A stretch of 58,769 nt of DNA. Source: Archangium sp. Its GTDB lineage: Bacteria > Myxococcota > Myxococcia > Myxococcales > Myxococcaceae. The stretch lies in contig JANLPS010000188.1 of assembly GCA_031367385.1 (NCBI GenBank), forward strand, positions 1-58,769, given 5' to 3'. The notes below the pieces were generated by a model, which saw nothing but the letters and a program-made list of their open reading frames with translations, searched no databases and was not told where the DNA came from. Shown here in pieces: positions 22,096 to 32,217 of this stretch. How positions within the stretch are numbered: position 1 is the first letter of the stretch; every line of letters starts with the position of its first letter. A program made the position numbers and the translations under genes.

Positions 22096-22122
22096 GGCGA
22101 CGGTGAGCTACCCTCCGCGGCC

Positions 22123-23358
22123 GTGCCCGCTGACCCGCAAGAACAGCTGACGACACACCTGTTGCTCGACTACCTGGTCGAGCTCGGCACGGGGCTGATG
22201 TCGGCCGGTTGCCCGTCGTATCGGCTCGAAGAATTGCTGGTGGTTTTGGGGCGCCACGAGGGCTTCGAGGTCGACGCGTTCGCGGTGCCGACGGGGCTGT
22301 TCGTGTCGGTCAAGACGCCGCAAGGCGAGGCGCCGGCGATGTCGATGGTGCGGGTTCGCGATTGGCGAACAGACCTCGAGACCCTGGCGCTGCTCGACGA
22401 GGTGATGAACCTGGTGGTCGATCGAAAGCTGACGGTGCGTGAGGCGCGAGCGCGTCTCAAGGCGTTGCATTCGCGGCCGGCGACCTGGCCTGCGTCGGTG
22501 CAGGTGCTCGGTGCTTTCGGTGCCAGCGGCGGTGCGGCGGTCTCGTTCGGTGGCGGCTGGTCTGACTTTTTTCTCGCGGGTCTTGGCGGCGTGGTGCTGC
22601 GCGGAGTGACTGCGGTCGCAAGCAACCTCTCTGGCGGGTCGTTTCTCGACAACTTCATCGGCGGCGCCGTGGCGGCCCTGGTGGCGTGGGTCTCGACGCT
22701 GATCTGGCCCGCGCACTCGCGAGAAATTCTGGTGCTGGCGATCATCATTCCGCTCCTGCCGGGCATGGTCGTGACCACGGGCCTCACCGAGCTGACCTCG
22801 AAGAACCTGGTCTCGGGCACGGCCCGCTTGATGGACGCGGCGGTCACCCTGCTCTCGCTGGTCTTCGGCATCGCGCTGGTGGTCGGCTTCGAGCGTTGGA
22901 GCGGGATTCAATCGGCCCCCGCCGAGCCGTTGACGCCTGCGTTCTGGCCCTTTCAAGTGCTGGCCCTCCTGGCTGCGTCGGCGAGCTTCGGGGTGCTGCT
23001 CGGCATGCCTCGAAAGCTGTTGGGGTTGGCGATGATCTCGGGCTTCATCGTGTGGGCGACCACCACGCTGAGCCTGGCGTTGCCCTCGGCTGGGGCGTCA
23101 TTCATCGGGGCGCTGGTGCTCGGCCTCGCGTCGAATGTGTATGCGCGGGTCTCCAAGCGCCCCTCCCAGCTCTTTTTATTGCCCGGGCTGTTGTTGCTCG
23201 TACCTGGAGCCTTCGGCTTTCGAAGCCTCGACGCGTTGCTGCGCGGCGACTATGCGTCGGGCGCCAGTCAAGCGGTCGACATGGTGCTCATTGCCGGTGG
23301 CCTCGTGATGGGGTTGTTGGTCGCAAACATCGCGCTGCCGGCGCGAAAAATTCTGTGA
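22123..23358 (+). CDS. ThrE-family threonine/serine exporter (fused ThrE + ThrE_2)
   Basis: ELGTGLMSAGCPSYRLEE, IIIPLLPG and PGLLLLVPG, with about 10 transmembrane segments. Start uncertain; GTG 22123 chosen. Confidence 0.85.
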   Translation: MPADPQEQLTTHLLLDYLVELGTGLMSAGCPSYRLEELLVVLGRHEGFEVDAFAVPTGLFVSVKTPQGEAPAMSMVRVRDWRTDLETLALLDEVMNLVVDRKLTVREARARLKALHSRPATWPASVQVLGAFGASGGAAVSFGGGWSDFFLAGLGGVVLRGVTAVASNLSGGSFLDNFIGGAVAALVAWVSTLIWPAHSREILVLAIIIPLLPGMVVTTGLTELTSKNLVSGTARLMDAAVTLLSLVFGIALVVGFERWSGIQSAPAEPLTPAFWPFQVLALLAASASFGVLLGMPRKLLGLAMISGFIVWATTTLSLALPSAGASFIGALVLGLASNVYARVSKRPSQLFLLPGLLLLVPGAFGFRSLDALLRGDYASGASQAVDMVLIAGGLVMGLLVANIALPARKIL

Positions 23359-23372
23359 CTGTGACCAAAGAG

Positions 23373-24074
23373 CTACCCGAGCTCCCACAGCCACCCGAAT
23401 TGAATCTGAAGGCTGCCATACGAGAACTTCGCGGGCTCGGTCAGGTAGCCCAGCTGAACACCCCACCCGAGGGGGTCTTTGCGAAAGACGCCAACGCTCC
23501 CGCCGACCCGCCAGGAGCTGAACGGTCGAACGTCACGGCTCCCGCCAAACTCATAGCGCTGCGACACCAACACCGTCGCGACCCACTCGGTGTGCTGCGT
23601 GAGCAAGCCGTAGCGAAGCGGTACCGCCCACTCGAGTTGGCCCAGCGGCGCGAGCCCCAGGCGGCCGATGATGGCAGTGGCTCCGACCGCGCCAAGCGAC
23701 AAGACGTGCGTCAACGCGGAGCTCGCCGACACTCGAAAGAGCTCACGCTTCACATCGAGGCTCGTGCCCACCTGCAGCACCTTCTCAGGCGCACCGATTT
23801 GCCCAATCACCTGAATCGACCCGCCGACATCGCTCGCCCAGCCGACCCCTCGCCGCACGTTGGCGCGCAGTTCGGGCAACGGCACGCCGTCTGGGTATTG
23901 GTTGCACGAGAGCGCGCCGAGGGGGCCGGCGGCGAACGAACCGCAGAACAATGCCGCCGAGACCTGACCGCCAATCACGGTGTGGCCTCGAGCCACCACT
24001 GACGCCGTCTGGAGTGGCGTCACCGACGCGCAGCCACCCAATGCCCACGTCAACACAATCAGGTGCCGATTCAC
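23373..24074 (-). CDS. Hypothetical lipoprotein with a beta-barrel-like C-terminal part
   Basis: Lipobox LGGC, amphipathic strands and terminal LQIQFGWLWELG. GTGA overlap with the upstream esterase. Confidence 0.62.
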   Translation of the reverse strand: MNRHLIVLTWALGGCASVTPLQTASVVARGHTVIGGQVSAALFCGSFAAGPLGALSCNQYPDGVPLPELRANVRRGVGWASDVGGSIQVIGQIGAPEKVLQVGTSLDVKRELFRVSASSALTHVLSLGAVGATAIIGRLGLAPLGQLEWAVPLRYGLLTQHTEWVATVLVSQRYEFGGSRDVRPFSSWRVGGSVGVFRKDPLGWGVQLGYLTEPAKFSYGSLQIQFGWLWELG

Positions 24075-24916
24075 TGCGTATGATCCTTGAGCCAATCGAC
24101 GACGCGCCCAGGCCAGGCCGCGTTGAACGCGGGCACGTGGCCAGCGCCGACGATGCTCCACAGCTCGACAGGGGCGGCCGAGGGGCAGTTGTCGTACAGC
24201 TCACGGGTGGTCTCGGCCTTCGAGTCACCCACGAGATCGAGCGCGTCGAGCGGCGAACGCGTGGCCGCGCAACCGTTTCGCGTGGCGTAGTCGAGCGTGG
24301 TCACTGCCGCGCTCGGGTAGTCGCCTTTCACCGCCCCCACGGTGACGCCACCCTCGTAGTGAATGGTCTCATCAGCAGTGCCGTGTATCTGCAACACCGG
24401 TATCGCCGGCCCCGGGCAGGGTGGAAACTCGAAGTGTGCCGCGCCAGCCACCGAAACCACGGCGCTGACCACGTCGCTCGCATCACACGCCATGCGCAGC
24501 GCCATGAAGCCCCCGTTCGAGTGGCCGACCAGAAACACCCGCTTCGAATCGACTGCGTGGGTCGCCTCGACGTCAGCAATGACCGCCCGAAGAAAGCCTA
24601 CGTCATCGACCGGGAGCTGCGAGAAATTGCAGCAAGCGTCAGTGGCGTTCCAAAACCGGCGGTTCTGCGTGTCGCGGAGGCCGTCGACCAAGACGTAGAG
24701 AAACTGATGCGAGTCGACGACGCTCGAGAACGGGAAGACCGTATTTTGAACGAAGGCACTCGCGCTGTGCCCGTGCAGCAGAATGATCAGGGGCAATGGA
24801 GCCGACGACGCCTTGGCCGGTACTTGCAGCTCATACGGCCTGCCCTGAACCACGTGACCCGGCGAACACGCACAGGCGACCCACAGCAACAACCCCCAGC
24901 GGCCACTTCCACCCAT
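24071..24916 (-). CDS. PHB-depolymerase-family (LpqC/LpqP-like) esterase, lipoprotein
   Basis: PLIILLHG, WNATDACC, DDVGFL, GHSNGG, IHGTAD and GAGH. Confidence 0.87.
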   Translation of the reverse strand: MGGSGRWGLLLWVACACSPGHVVQGRPYELQVPAKASSAPLPLIILLHGHSASAFVQNTVFPFSSVVDSHQFLYVLVDGLRDTQNRRFWNATDACCNFSQLPVDDVGFLRAVIADVEATHAVDSKRVFLVGHSNGGFMALRMACDASDVVSAVVSVAGAAHFEFPPCPGPAIPVLQIHGTADETIHYEGGVTVGAVKGDYPSAAVTTLDYATRNGCAATRSPLDALDLVGDSKAETTRELYDNCPSAAPVELWSIVGAGHVPAFNAAWPGRVVDWLKDHTQ

Positions 24917-24970
24917 CGGTTCGCCTTAATCGCAAGCAGGCTCTTCGGGCCAAGATTTCTTTGCACATGA

Positions 24971-24994
24971 CTGCTGACACCACGCTGTCAGGAG
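24971..24994. promoter_or_regulatory. Palindromic operator upstream of the VOC gene
   Basis: CTGCTGACA-N6-TGTCAGGAG (8 of 9 arm positions match), 21 bp before ATG 25016. Confidence 0.6.
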
Positions 24995-25015
24995 CGGGGG
25001 CGCACAGTGCGCCTC

Positions 25016-25387
25016 ATGAACGCTCAATTCATCTTGCTCTATGTCGACAGTCCCACTGCCAGCGCGGCGTTTTATTCGATGCTGCTTGGCCAACCGCCGG
25101 TCGAGGCCTCTGAGACGTTCGCGATGTTTGCGCTCTCGTCTGGGGTCATGCTCGGGTTGTGGTCTCGGCACACCGTTGCTCCGCTGCCGGCGACCGGCGC
25201 GCACCCGGGCTCGAGTGAAGTGGCCTTCACCGTCGACTCGGTCGAAGCGGTCGAGAAGACCCACATGGAGTGGAAGGCGAAGGGGCTGCCGATTGCGTTG
25301 GCTCCGATGAAGCTCGACTTCGGGCACAGCTTCGTGGCCCTCGACCCCGATGGGCACCGGCTGCGTGTGTTTGCGCCGGGTGCGTGA
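25016..25387 (+). CDS. VOC/glyoxalase-family drug-binding protein (EhpR-like)
   Basis: LLYVDSPTASAAFY, GVMLGLWSR and DFGHSFVALDPDGHRLRVF. Confidence 0.88.
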   Translation: MNAQFILLYVDSPTASAAFYSMLLGQPPVEASETFAMFALSSGVMLGLWSRHTVAPLPATGAHPGSSEVAFTVDSVEAVEKTHMEWKAKGLPIALAPMKLDFGHSFVALDPDGHRLRVFAPGA

Positions 25388-25456
25388 ACCAGACGCGATG
25401 CGCCGCGCATGCAGTGGTGGCTCGACATAGCGTTGGTGCCGGCCGTAACGGGAGTA

Positions 25457-26062
25457 TTAGAACTTCGGGGCTTCGGCGGTCGAGCACTCGAGCTTCTGCG
25501 CGGCGAAGGTGCGGGTCAGCGTCGCGCAGACGGTGTCGACGCCTGCGGTACCCAGGCCCGTCACCAGCCACGCCTCGCTGCCGGCGTCTTGATTCAAAGA
25601 CCACCCGACGTTCACCGCGAACCCGGTGATGTCGAAGTGCGGGTCAGGCAGCGACGAGAGCTCTTTGTCGGGCTGCGGGTAGATGGTGAACTCGCAGTCC
25701 CACATCACGTCGCCTCGGAGAATCGTCTCGAGTTGCTCGGCGCTCTCGAGCACCAACGCGACGGCCAGAGTCGATTCGCCCGAATAAAAACCGAGCAGTC
25801 TCCGCACCCGCGCGCCGAACTCTTTGCTGGGCCGCGATCGCCAATGCAGCACCTTGGCTGCGCTGACGAGGGGCTCGAGCATCTCGGCCTCCATGTCGAC
25901 CAGCAGGTCGAGCACCAACGGGCGGCCTTCTCGCATCGCCTCGAGCGCCGATGAGAGCGCTTTGCGCAACGCAGCGCCTTCTGGCTCTTTCCACGCCTTG
26001 ATGGCTGGGCTTTGAAACAGGCGCGCGACGAAGGGGCGCTTCACTGGGTCTGCATTCGACAC
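25457..26062 (-). CDS. Hypothetical protein
   Basis: Coding-like GC3 bias. GTG 26062 lies 6 nt after a TATGCT -10-like hexamer; ATG 26098 is the alternative start. Confidence 0.6.
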   Translation of the reverse strand: MSNADPVKRPFVARLFQSPAIKAWKEPEGAALRKALSSALEAMREGRPLVLDLLVDMEAEMLEPLVSAAKVLHWRSRPSKEFGARVRRLLGFYSGESTLAVALVLESAEQLETILRGDVMWDCEFTIYPQPDKELSSLPDPHFDITGFAVNVGWSLNQDAGSEAWLVTGLGTAGVDTVCATLTRTFAAQKLECSTAEAPKF

Positions 26063-26114
26063 GCGCGCAGCATAGGGGCGTGCAACAGGCTGCGTCATGT
26101 TTGTGGCCGTCGAA

Positions 26115-26705
26115 TCACCGGCGTCGGGCGGCGACCTCCACCGGCAGCGTCGCGCGGGCCGTCGCGGCGGTGGCCACCAGCTCGCCAGAGCGCTTCGCCA
26201 GCGCCTCGATGTCACCGGCCATCGACCCAACGAACTCGGCGCCACGCTTTTCTGTGAACCCTGGCTCCGCGCAAAAAGCTCCGTATTTCAAGAAGATGGC
26301 CGACCACGCAGTGATGCCCTCGGCATACCCGGTGATCAGCGGCGCCAAGGTGGTGTCAACCGGCGTCGCGTAGTCGTGAATCAGCCGCCCCGAGTACGTC
26401 TCGCCCTTCGACTTCTCGATCTGCCGTCGAACACCCTCGAGCCCGCTTCGAAACGCCTGTGCTTCACGCCGAGCCGACTCGAGGCCTTTTCGAATCGCCT
26501 CAAGCCGCGCCAACGAGCCGGTGAACTGCATTTGCAACGTGCCGCGCTTGCAGCTGCGCAGCGCCGTGGTCGCGCGCGCCGAGGCCTCACCAGCGGCAGC
26601 CACTGCGGCCTCAGCCTCTTTGAAATGTGAATTCGCCGACTCGAGCGAGCTCTGGGCAAGGGCGGCAAACGACGAGGTCAGACAGCAAACGATGAGCAGG
26701 CGCAT
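26115..26705 (-). CDS. Hypothetical secreted helical protein
   Basis: Sec signal MRLLIVCCLTSSFAALA and a coiled-coil-like body. Confidence 0.65.
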   Translation of the reverse strand: MRLLIVCCLTSSFAALAQSSLESANSHFKEAEAAVAAAGEASARATTALRSCKRGTLQMQFTGSLARLEAIRKGLESARREAQAFRSGLEGVRRQIEKSKGETYSGRLIHDYATPVDTTLAPLITGYAEGITAWSAIFLKYGAFCAEPGFTEKRGAEFVGSMAGDIEALAKRSGELVATAATARATLPVEVAARRR

Positions 26706-27044
26706 GGCGGTTTTCTCTTTGGGGCACGGCGGGTGGGAGGAGCGCCGTGGCCCAGTGCAGAACGGGTGCCACGTGGGCTCTCCTGCACACGCTGATCAGC
26801 GCGTGTCGCCGCGGCCGCGTCGAATTCGCCACGCGCGGCCCGTTGAGATCACCTGCTCAGGCGGCGGCGTTCTGGCGAAGAGGTATCGCAGGGGCTCGTT
26901 CATCAGGCCCGCGAGCGCAAAGGCCCTCTTCGAGCGGCTTCGGGCGCGCACGATGACCGCCCGGGGTGACAGCGCGCCCAGCTTGATGGCCCGGGGGGGC
27001 GACATCTTCGACGCCAAGATTTCAAATCGGGCAGACTCCAGCGC

Positions 27045-27590
27045 ATGCAAGCCTCTGATCGCGTGGTCTTCGGGCACAGCATGAGTGCGTTGCTCGAGCG
27101 GTGCGCGGGCGAGCTCACCGATGAAAAATGGGCAGAGCTGGCGGCGCTCGGGGTCAGCCGCACCACCCTGCTCCCGGCCTACGAGTTCGAGCTCTGGTGC
27201 CGGGCGCTCGAGTTTCTCGCACGAGCGACTCACCCTGACCTCGAGGTCGGAGAGGCCGAGCTGGCCCTGGGCCGCGAGTTCATCGAGAAATACGCGAACA
27301 CGTTGATCGGCACGGCGTTGTTCGCATTGCTGCGGTTACTCGGCACGAGGCGCACGATTCAGCGGTTGACCAGAAGCTTTCGTACCGGCACCAGCTTCAC
27401 GCAGATCGACATCAGTGAAGAAACCCCCACGGGTTGCCTGCTGCGATTCAACATCGTCGAGCCGCGTGGGCGAATGACCGAAGGCGTGCTCTCGAAGGGC
27501 CTCGAAAAGGCCGGCATCCCCGACGTGAAGGTCAAGCTCGAGTCGCTCGAAGGCGAGACCGCGACCTATCGCGTGCAGTGGGCGAGCTGA
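27045..27590 (+). CDS. DUF2378-family myxobacterial protein
   Basis: LLPAY, LGREFIEKYANTLIG, LLGTRRTIQRLTRSFRTG and terminal YRVQW. Confidence 0.8.
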   Translation: MQASDRVVFGHSMSALLERCAGELTDEKWAELAALGVSRTTLLPAYEFELWCRALEFLARATHPDLEVGEAELALGREFIEKYANTLIGTALFALLRLLGTRRTIQRLTRSFRTGTSFTQIDISEETPTGCLLRFNIVEPRGRMTEGVLSKGLEKAGIPDVKVKLESLEGETATYRVQWAS

Positions 27591-27650
27591 AGCTCACGTT
27601 CCCCCGAGAGCACGTGAACCCACAACCCATGAGAACGGCGAGCGAAAATA

Positions 27651-28118
27651 TTACCTGACGAGCTGGGCGACACGATCCAAGAACACGGTCTGCGCCTCGA
27701 TGATCTTCGACCGCGCCGCCTCGAGGCCGAACCACTCGACCCGGTCGACCTCTGGAAAGTGCTGCATGCGCCCCGAGCCCCTGGGCCACTCGAGCTCGAA
27801 GGTGTTGCTCTTGAGCACGCTCGGGTCGAAGTCTCCACGCACCGCCCAGGCGTGAACGACCTTGCCCGACTTCTGCTTCACCGACCCCAGCGCGTGAAAC
27901 GGGCCCTCTGGTGCTGCAGCCCCAAGCTCTTCGGCAAACTCCCGTCGGGCGGTATCGAGCAGGTCCTCCCCTTCTTCTGCCTCGCCCTTCGGCACCGCCC
28001 AGGCGCCCTTGTCTTTGCCTTTGAAAAACGGGCCGCCAAAGTGGGCGAGCAGCACTTCTCGCCCGGCGCCGACGCCCCGATAGAGCAGCAGCCCAGCCGA
28101 TGTTTTTGAGGCGCCCAT
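27651..28118 (-). CDS. NUDIX hydrolase
   Basis: PKGEAEEGEDLLDTARREFAEELG Nudix box; SAGLLLYR and FPEVDR. Confidence 0.9.
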   Translation of the reverse strand: MGASKTSAGLLLYRGVGAGREVLLAHFGGPFFKGKDKGAWAVPKGEAEEGEDLLDTARREFAEELGAAAPEGPFHALGSVKQKSGKVVHAWAVRGDFDPSVLKSNTFELEWPRGSGRMQHFPEVDRVEWFGLEAARSKIIEAQTVFLDRVAQLVR

Positions 28119-28149
28119 GGCGGGTCTCTCTTATTTCCTTTGGAGCCGC

Positions 28150-30810
28150 ATGCCCACCACCACGACCCTCGCACCCGCCGAGCTCGCTCGCTTCGTTCGA
28201 GTTCGCGGCGCCCGCACGCACAACCTCAAGAACGTCGACGTCGATGTACCCCGCGACGCACTGGTCGTGTTCAGCGGCGTCTCGGGCTCGGGCAAGTCGT
28301 CGCTCGCCTTCGGCACCATCTACGCCGAGGCGCAGCGCAGGTACCTCGACTCGATTGCACCCTATGCCCGCCGGCTCATCGACCAGGTCGGAGTGCCAGA
28401 CATCGACTCCATCGATGGCCTGCCCCCGGCGGTGGCTCTGCAGCAGCAACGCGGCACCCCCAGCGCGAGATCATCGGTGGGCAGCTTGACCACGCTCTCG
28501 AGCCTGCTGCGAATGCTCTACTCGCGCGCCGGCACCTACCCCACGAACCAGCCGATGCTGTACGCCGAAGACTTCTCGCCCAACACCGTTCAAGGCGCCT
28601 GCCCCACCTGTCACGGCCTGGGCCGCGTGTACGAGGTCACCGAGCAGTCGATGGTACCAGACCCCTCGTTGACCATTCGGCAACGGGCGATCGCCGCCTG
28701 GCCCACCGCCTGGGGTGGCCAGAACCTGCGCGACATTCTGGTCTCGATGGGCATCGACGTCGACCGGCCCTGGCGCGACCTGCCCAAGAAAGACCGGGAG
28801 TGGATTCTGTTCACCGAAGAGCACCCGCAGGTGCCGGTGTACGCCGGGTTGACGCCCGCCGAGACGAAACACGCGCGCCGCAACAAGCTCGAGCCGAGCT
28901 ACCAGGGCACCTTCACCGGGGCGAAGAAGTACGTGCTGCAGACCTTCGCCAACTCGCCCAGCGCGCTGATGAAGAAGCGGGTCTCGCAGTACATGATCGG
29001 CAGCAACTGCCCCACCTGTGATGGCAAACGGCTGAAGCGAGAATCGCTCTCGGTCACCTTCGCCGGGTTCGACATCGGTGAGATTTCGCAGATGCCGCTG
29101 ACCCAGTTCGCCAGAGTGCTCGCTCCGGCGGCACACGGGCAGTTCGACGCGGCGAATGATCAATCGGTGGTGACCAAAGACGTGACGTCAAGAGACCTCG
29201 CGCGCCGAGTGGCCAGCGGCGGCTCAGGGCACCAGGGAGGTGCGTCTGACGTGCGTCGCACTCCGAATCTGTCGCCTGAAAAGAAGATCGCCGCGCAGCG
29301 CATCGCGAAAGACGTGCTCGAGCGGGTGACGACGCTGACCCAGTTGGGGCTGGGGTACCTCTCGCTCGAACGGAGCACGCCGACGCTCTCGCCGGGCGAG
29401 CTGCAACGGCTTCGGCTAGCGACGCAGATTCGTTCGAACCTGTTCGGAGTGGTCTACGTGCTCGATGAGCCCTCGGCCGGCCTGCACCCCGCTGATTCAG
29501 AAGCCCTGCTGGTCGCGCTTGACGCGCTCAAGGCCGCTGGAAATTCGATCTTCGTCGTCGAGCACGACCTCGAGGTGATGCGCCACGCCGATTGGATCGT
29601 CGACGTCGGGCCTGACGCCGGTGAGCTTGGTGGAGCGGTGGTGTACAGCGGGCCGCCCGAGGGGCTGCGAAGCGTGAAGGGCTCGCACACCGCACAGTAT
29701 CTGTTCGGCGATCGTTCGACGGTTCGCCCGCGAACGCTGCGTGCCCCTCGCGGGTGGCTGACGCTGAGAGAGGTGACTCGCAACAACCTGCACGCCGTGA
29801 GCGCCTCTTTTCCACTCGGGGTGTTGACCGCGGTGACGGGCGTCTCTGGCTCGGGCAAGTCGAGCCTGGTGAGTCAGGCGTTGCTCGACCTGGTCTCGGC
29901 GAGGCTCGGACAGCAGCTGCCAACCGACGATGCAGACAACGAGACACAGCCCCTCGAGAGCGAGGCGCCTCGCGTGACCACTGGGCGCATCGCCGGCGGT
30001 GCAGAGGGCATCAAGCGGCTGGTGCAGGTTGACCAGAAACCGATTGGCAGAACGCCGCGCTCGAACCTGGCGACCTACACCGGGCTCTTCGACAGCGTGC
30101 GCAAGCTCTTCGCCGCCACCAAAGCGGCCAAGGCGCGCCGCTACGACGCGGGCCGCTTCTCGTTCAACGTCGCCAAAGGGCGCTGCGAGACCTGCGAGGG
30201 AGAAGGCTTCGTCAGCGTCGAGCTGCTGTTCATGCCGAGCGCCTACGCACCGTGCCCGACCTGCCACGGGGCCCGCTACAACGCGGCGACCCTGCAGGTG
30301 ACCTACCGCGAGAAGAACATCGCCGAGGTGCTCGGCATGACGGTGAGCCAGGCGGTCGTTTTTTTCGCCGATGAGCCTGCGGTCTTGCGGCCACTGAGCC
30401 TGTTGCGTGACATCGGGCTTGGGTACTTGCGGTTGGGCCAGCCCGCGACCGAGCTCTCCGGCGGCGAGGCCCAGCGAATCAAGCTCGCGACTGAATTGCA
30501 GCGGGTCAACTCCGGTGACTCGCTCTACGTGCTCGATGAGCCCACCACCGGGCTCCATGCGTCAGACGTCGACAAGTTGATGGAGCAGCTCAACACCCTC
30601 GTCGATGCGGGGAACACCGTCGTGGTGGTCGAGCATGAGATGCGGGTGGTGTGCGGCAGTGATTGGGTCATCGACCTCGGCCCGGGCGCGGGCGACGAGG
30701 GTGGCCAGATCGTGGCGGCGGGCACTCCAGCGCAGGTCGCCAAGGCGCGTGGCAGTCGCACCGGCACTGCGCTCTCGAAGCTGCTCGCCCGCGGCAGCTC
30801 GGCGGCGTGA
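28150..30810 (+). CDS. UvrA-like ABC ATPase (class II / UvrA2 / DrrC-like)
   Basis: Two [11 protein letters not shown]alker A motifs, LSPGE and LSGGE signatures, LDEP motifs and CxxC zinc ligands. Lacks the UvrB-binding insertion of canonical UvrA. Confidence 0.9.
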   Translation: MPTTTTLAPAELARFVRVRGARTHNLKNVDVDVPRDALVVFSGVSGSGKSSLAFGTIYAEAQRRYLDSIAPYARRLIDQVGVPDIDSIDGLPPAVALQQQRGTPSARSSVGSLTTLSSLLRMLYSRAGTYPTNQPMLYAEDFSPNTVQGACPTCHGLGRVYEVTEQSMVPDPSLTIRQRAIAAWPTAWGGQNLRDILVSMGIDVDRPWRDLPKKDREWILFTEEHPQVPVYAGLTPAETKHARRNKLEPSYQGTFTGAKKYVLQTFANSPSALMKKRVSQYMIGSNCPTCDGKRLKRESLSVTFAGFDIGEISQMPLTQFARVLAPAAHGQFDAANDQSVVTKDVTSRDLARRVASGGSGHQGGASDVRRTPNLSPEKKIAAQRIAKDVLERVTTLTQLGLGYLSLERSTPTLSPGELQRLRLATQIRSNLFGVVYVLDEPSAGLHPADSEALLVALDALKAAGNSIFVVEHDLEVMRHADWIVDVGPDAGELGGAVVYSGPPEGLRSVKGSHTAQYLFGDRSTVRPRTLRAPRGWLTLREVTRNNLHAVSASFPLGVLTAVTGVSGSGKSSLVSQALLDLVSARLGQQLPTDDADNETQPLESEAPRVTTGRIAGGAEGIKRLVQVDQKPIGRTPRSNLATYTGLFDSVRKLFAATKAAKARRYDAGRFSFNVAKGRCETCEGEGFVSVELLFMPSAYAPCPTCHGARYNAATLQVTYREKNIAEVLGMTVSQAVVFFADEPAVLRPLSLLRDIGLGYLRLGQPATELSGGEAQRIKLATELQRVNSGDSLYVLDEPTTGLHASDVDKLMEQLNTLVDAGNTVVVVEHEMRVVCGSDWVIDLGPGAGDEGGQIVAAGTPAQVAKARGSRTGTALSKLLARGSSAA

Positions 30811-30918
30811 GCCTGGCGCGAGCGCGCCCCGCAAAAAACGGCCTGCAGCCCTGCCACGAGTACACCCCAGAACGACGAAGGTGAACGTCAATCGCTCCAA
30901 AGCCGCTATAGGTCAGGT

Positions 30919-32217
30919 GTGGCCTCGAATGAATCAGCGCTCCGCCGTTCAATCGCACAGCGATTGCGTGTCGCGCGTGCCCGAACCGACGCGCTCTTCG
31001 ACCTGCTGACACCAGAAGCCCTGTTCGAGCGGCCCATCGCCGAGCGCCACCGATTGATTTTCTACGTCGGGCATCTCGAGGCCTTCGATTGGAACTTGAT
31101 CTGCCGCGATGTTCTCAAGCAGCGCTCGAGCCGGCCAGCGTTCGAGCAGCTCTTCGCGCTGGGCATCGACCCGAAACCCGGAGAATCGCCGACCGATACC
31201 CCCTCCGATTGGCCAACCCGCGAAATCGTCGCGGAGTGGAAACATGAGCTGCGAACGGCCGTAGACATGGCTGTGACGACGGCGCCGCTGACCGGCTGGC
31301 TTCAAGATGGCTGGGCATTTCAAGTCGCGATCGAGCATCGCTTCATGCACGCTGAGACGCTCTGCTACCTGCTCCAGCGCCTCGAGCTGCGCTTCAAGGT
31401 GGCCGGAGCGCTGCCTTCAGTCACCGCTGATGAACCCACCTCGCAGATGGTCGCGGTGCCAGCGGGCCGAGCGAGTATGGGGCTCTCGAGAAGGCTCCAC
31501 CCGCACCTGGGGTGGGACAATGAATACGAGCACACCGAAGTCGACGTGCCCGCCTTCAGCATCGGCTCGCTGCCGGTCAGCAACGCCCAGTGGCTCGGGT
31601 TCATCGAAGCGGGAGGGTACCGCGAGCGCTCGTTGTGGAGCGACGATGCATGGGCCTGGCTGCGCGACGAAAACATCACCCGGCCTGCTTCCTGGCGATT
31701 TCGAGATCAACGCTGGTGGTGGCAAGCAATGTTCGGTGAGGTGCCCCTGCCCCGCGGCTGGCCGGTCTACGTCAGCCACACTGAAGCGACGGCGTACGCC
31801 CGATGGCGAGGCGCAGCGCTCCCGTCTGAAGCGCAATGGCACCGTGCCGTCGATGGTCTGAAGCCAGAGACGTGGTTGCCCGAAACACACGGCAATTTCG
31901 GCGGCGGCAATCGATACGACCCCGTGGTGAGCGGCAGCTTCAGCCTGGGCAACACGCACAGCGGCATCAGCGACCTCATCGGCAACGGGTGGGAGTGGAC
32001 CTCGACGGTCTTCGCTCCGTTTGACGGCTTCGAACCCATGCCGATGTATCAGACGTACTCGGCGAACTTTTTCGACCATCGACACTTCGTCTTGAAGGGC
32101 GCGAGCGCGGTGACCGATGCCGTCTTTCTTCGCCCCAGCTTTCGCAATTGGTTTCAGCCGCACTACCAACATGTCTTCGCCAAATTTCGTTTGGTGACCA
32201 CCGGAGCGCTCTCGTGA
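30919..32217 (+). CDS. egtB: Ergothioneine sulfoxide synthase (DinB_2 + FGE-sulfatase)
   Basis: IFYVGH and IEHRFMHAET (three His iron ligands), GWDNE, LPSEAQW, GNGWEWT and RPSFRNWF. Adjacent to egtD. Confidence 0.85.
   Translation: MASNESALRRSIAQRLRVARARTDALFDLLTPEALFERPIAERHRLIFYVGHLEAFDWNLICRDVLKQRSSRPAFEQLFALGIDPKPGESPTDTPSDWPTREIVAEWKHELRTAVDMAVTTAPLTGWLQDGWAFQVAIEHRFMHAETLCYLLQRLELRFKVAGALPSVTADEPTSQMVAVPAGRASMGLSRRLHPHLGWDNEYEHTEVDVPAFSIGSLPVSNAQWLGFIEAGGYRERSLWSDDAWAWLRDENITRPASWRFRDQRWWWQAMFGEVPLPRGWPVYVSHTEATAYARWRGAALPSEAQWHRAVDGLKPETWLPETHGNFGGGNRYDPVVSGSFSLGNTHSGISDLIGNGWEWTSTVFAPFDGFEPMPMYQTYSANFFDHRHFVLKGASAVTDAVFLRPSFRNWFQPHYQHVFAKFRLVTTGALS

Noticed and set aside
26796..27005. 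Small minus-strand ORF (MSPPRAIKLG...) in the gap before DUF2378
   Set aside because: No RBS or recognisable family and Arg-rich composition. It could be a remnant but is unsupported.
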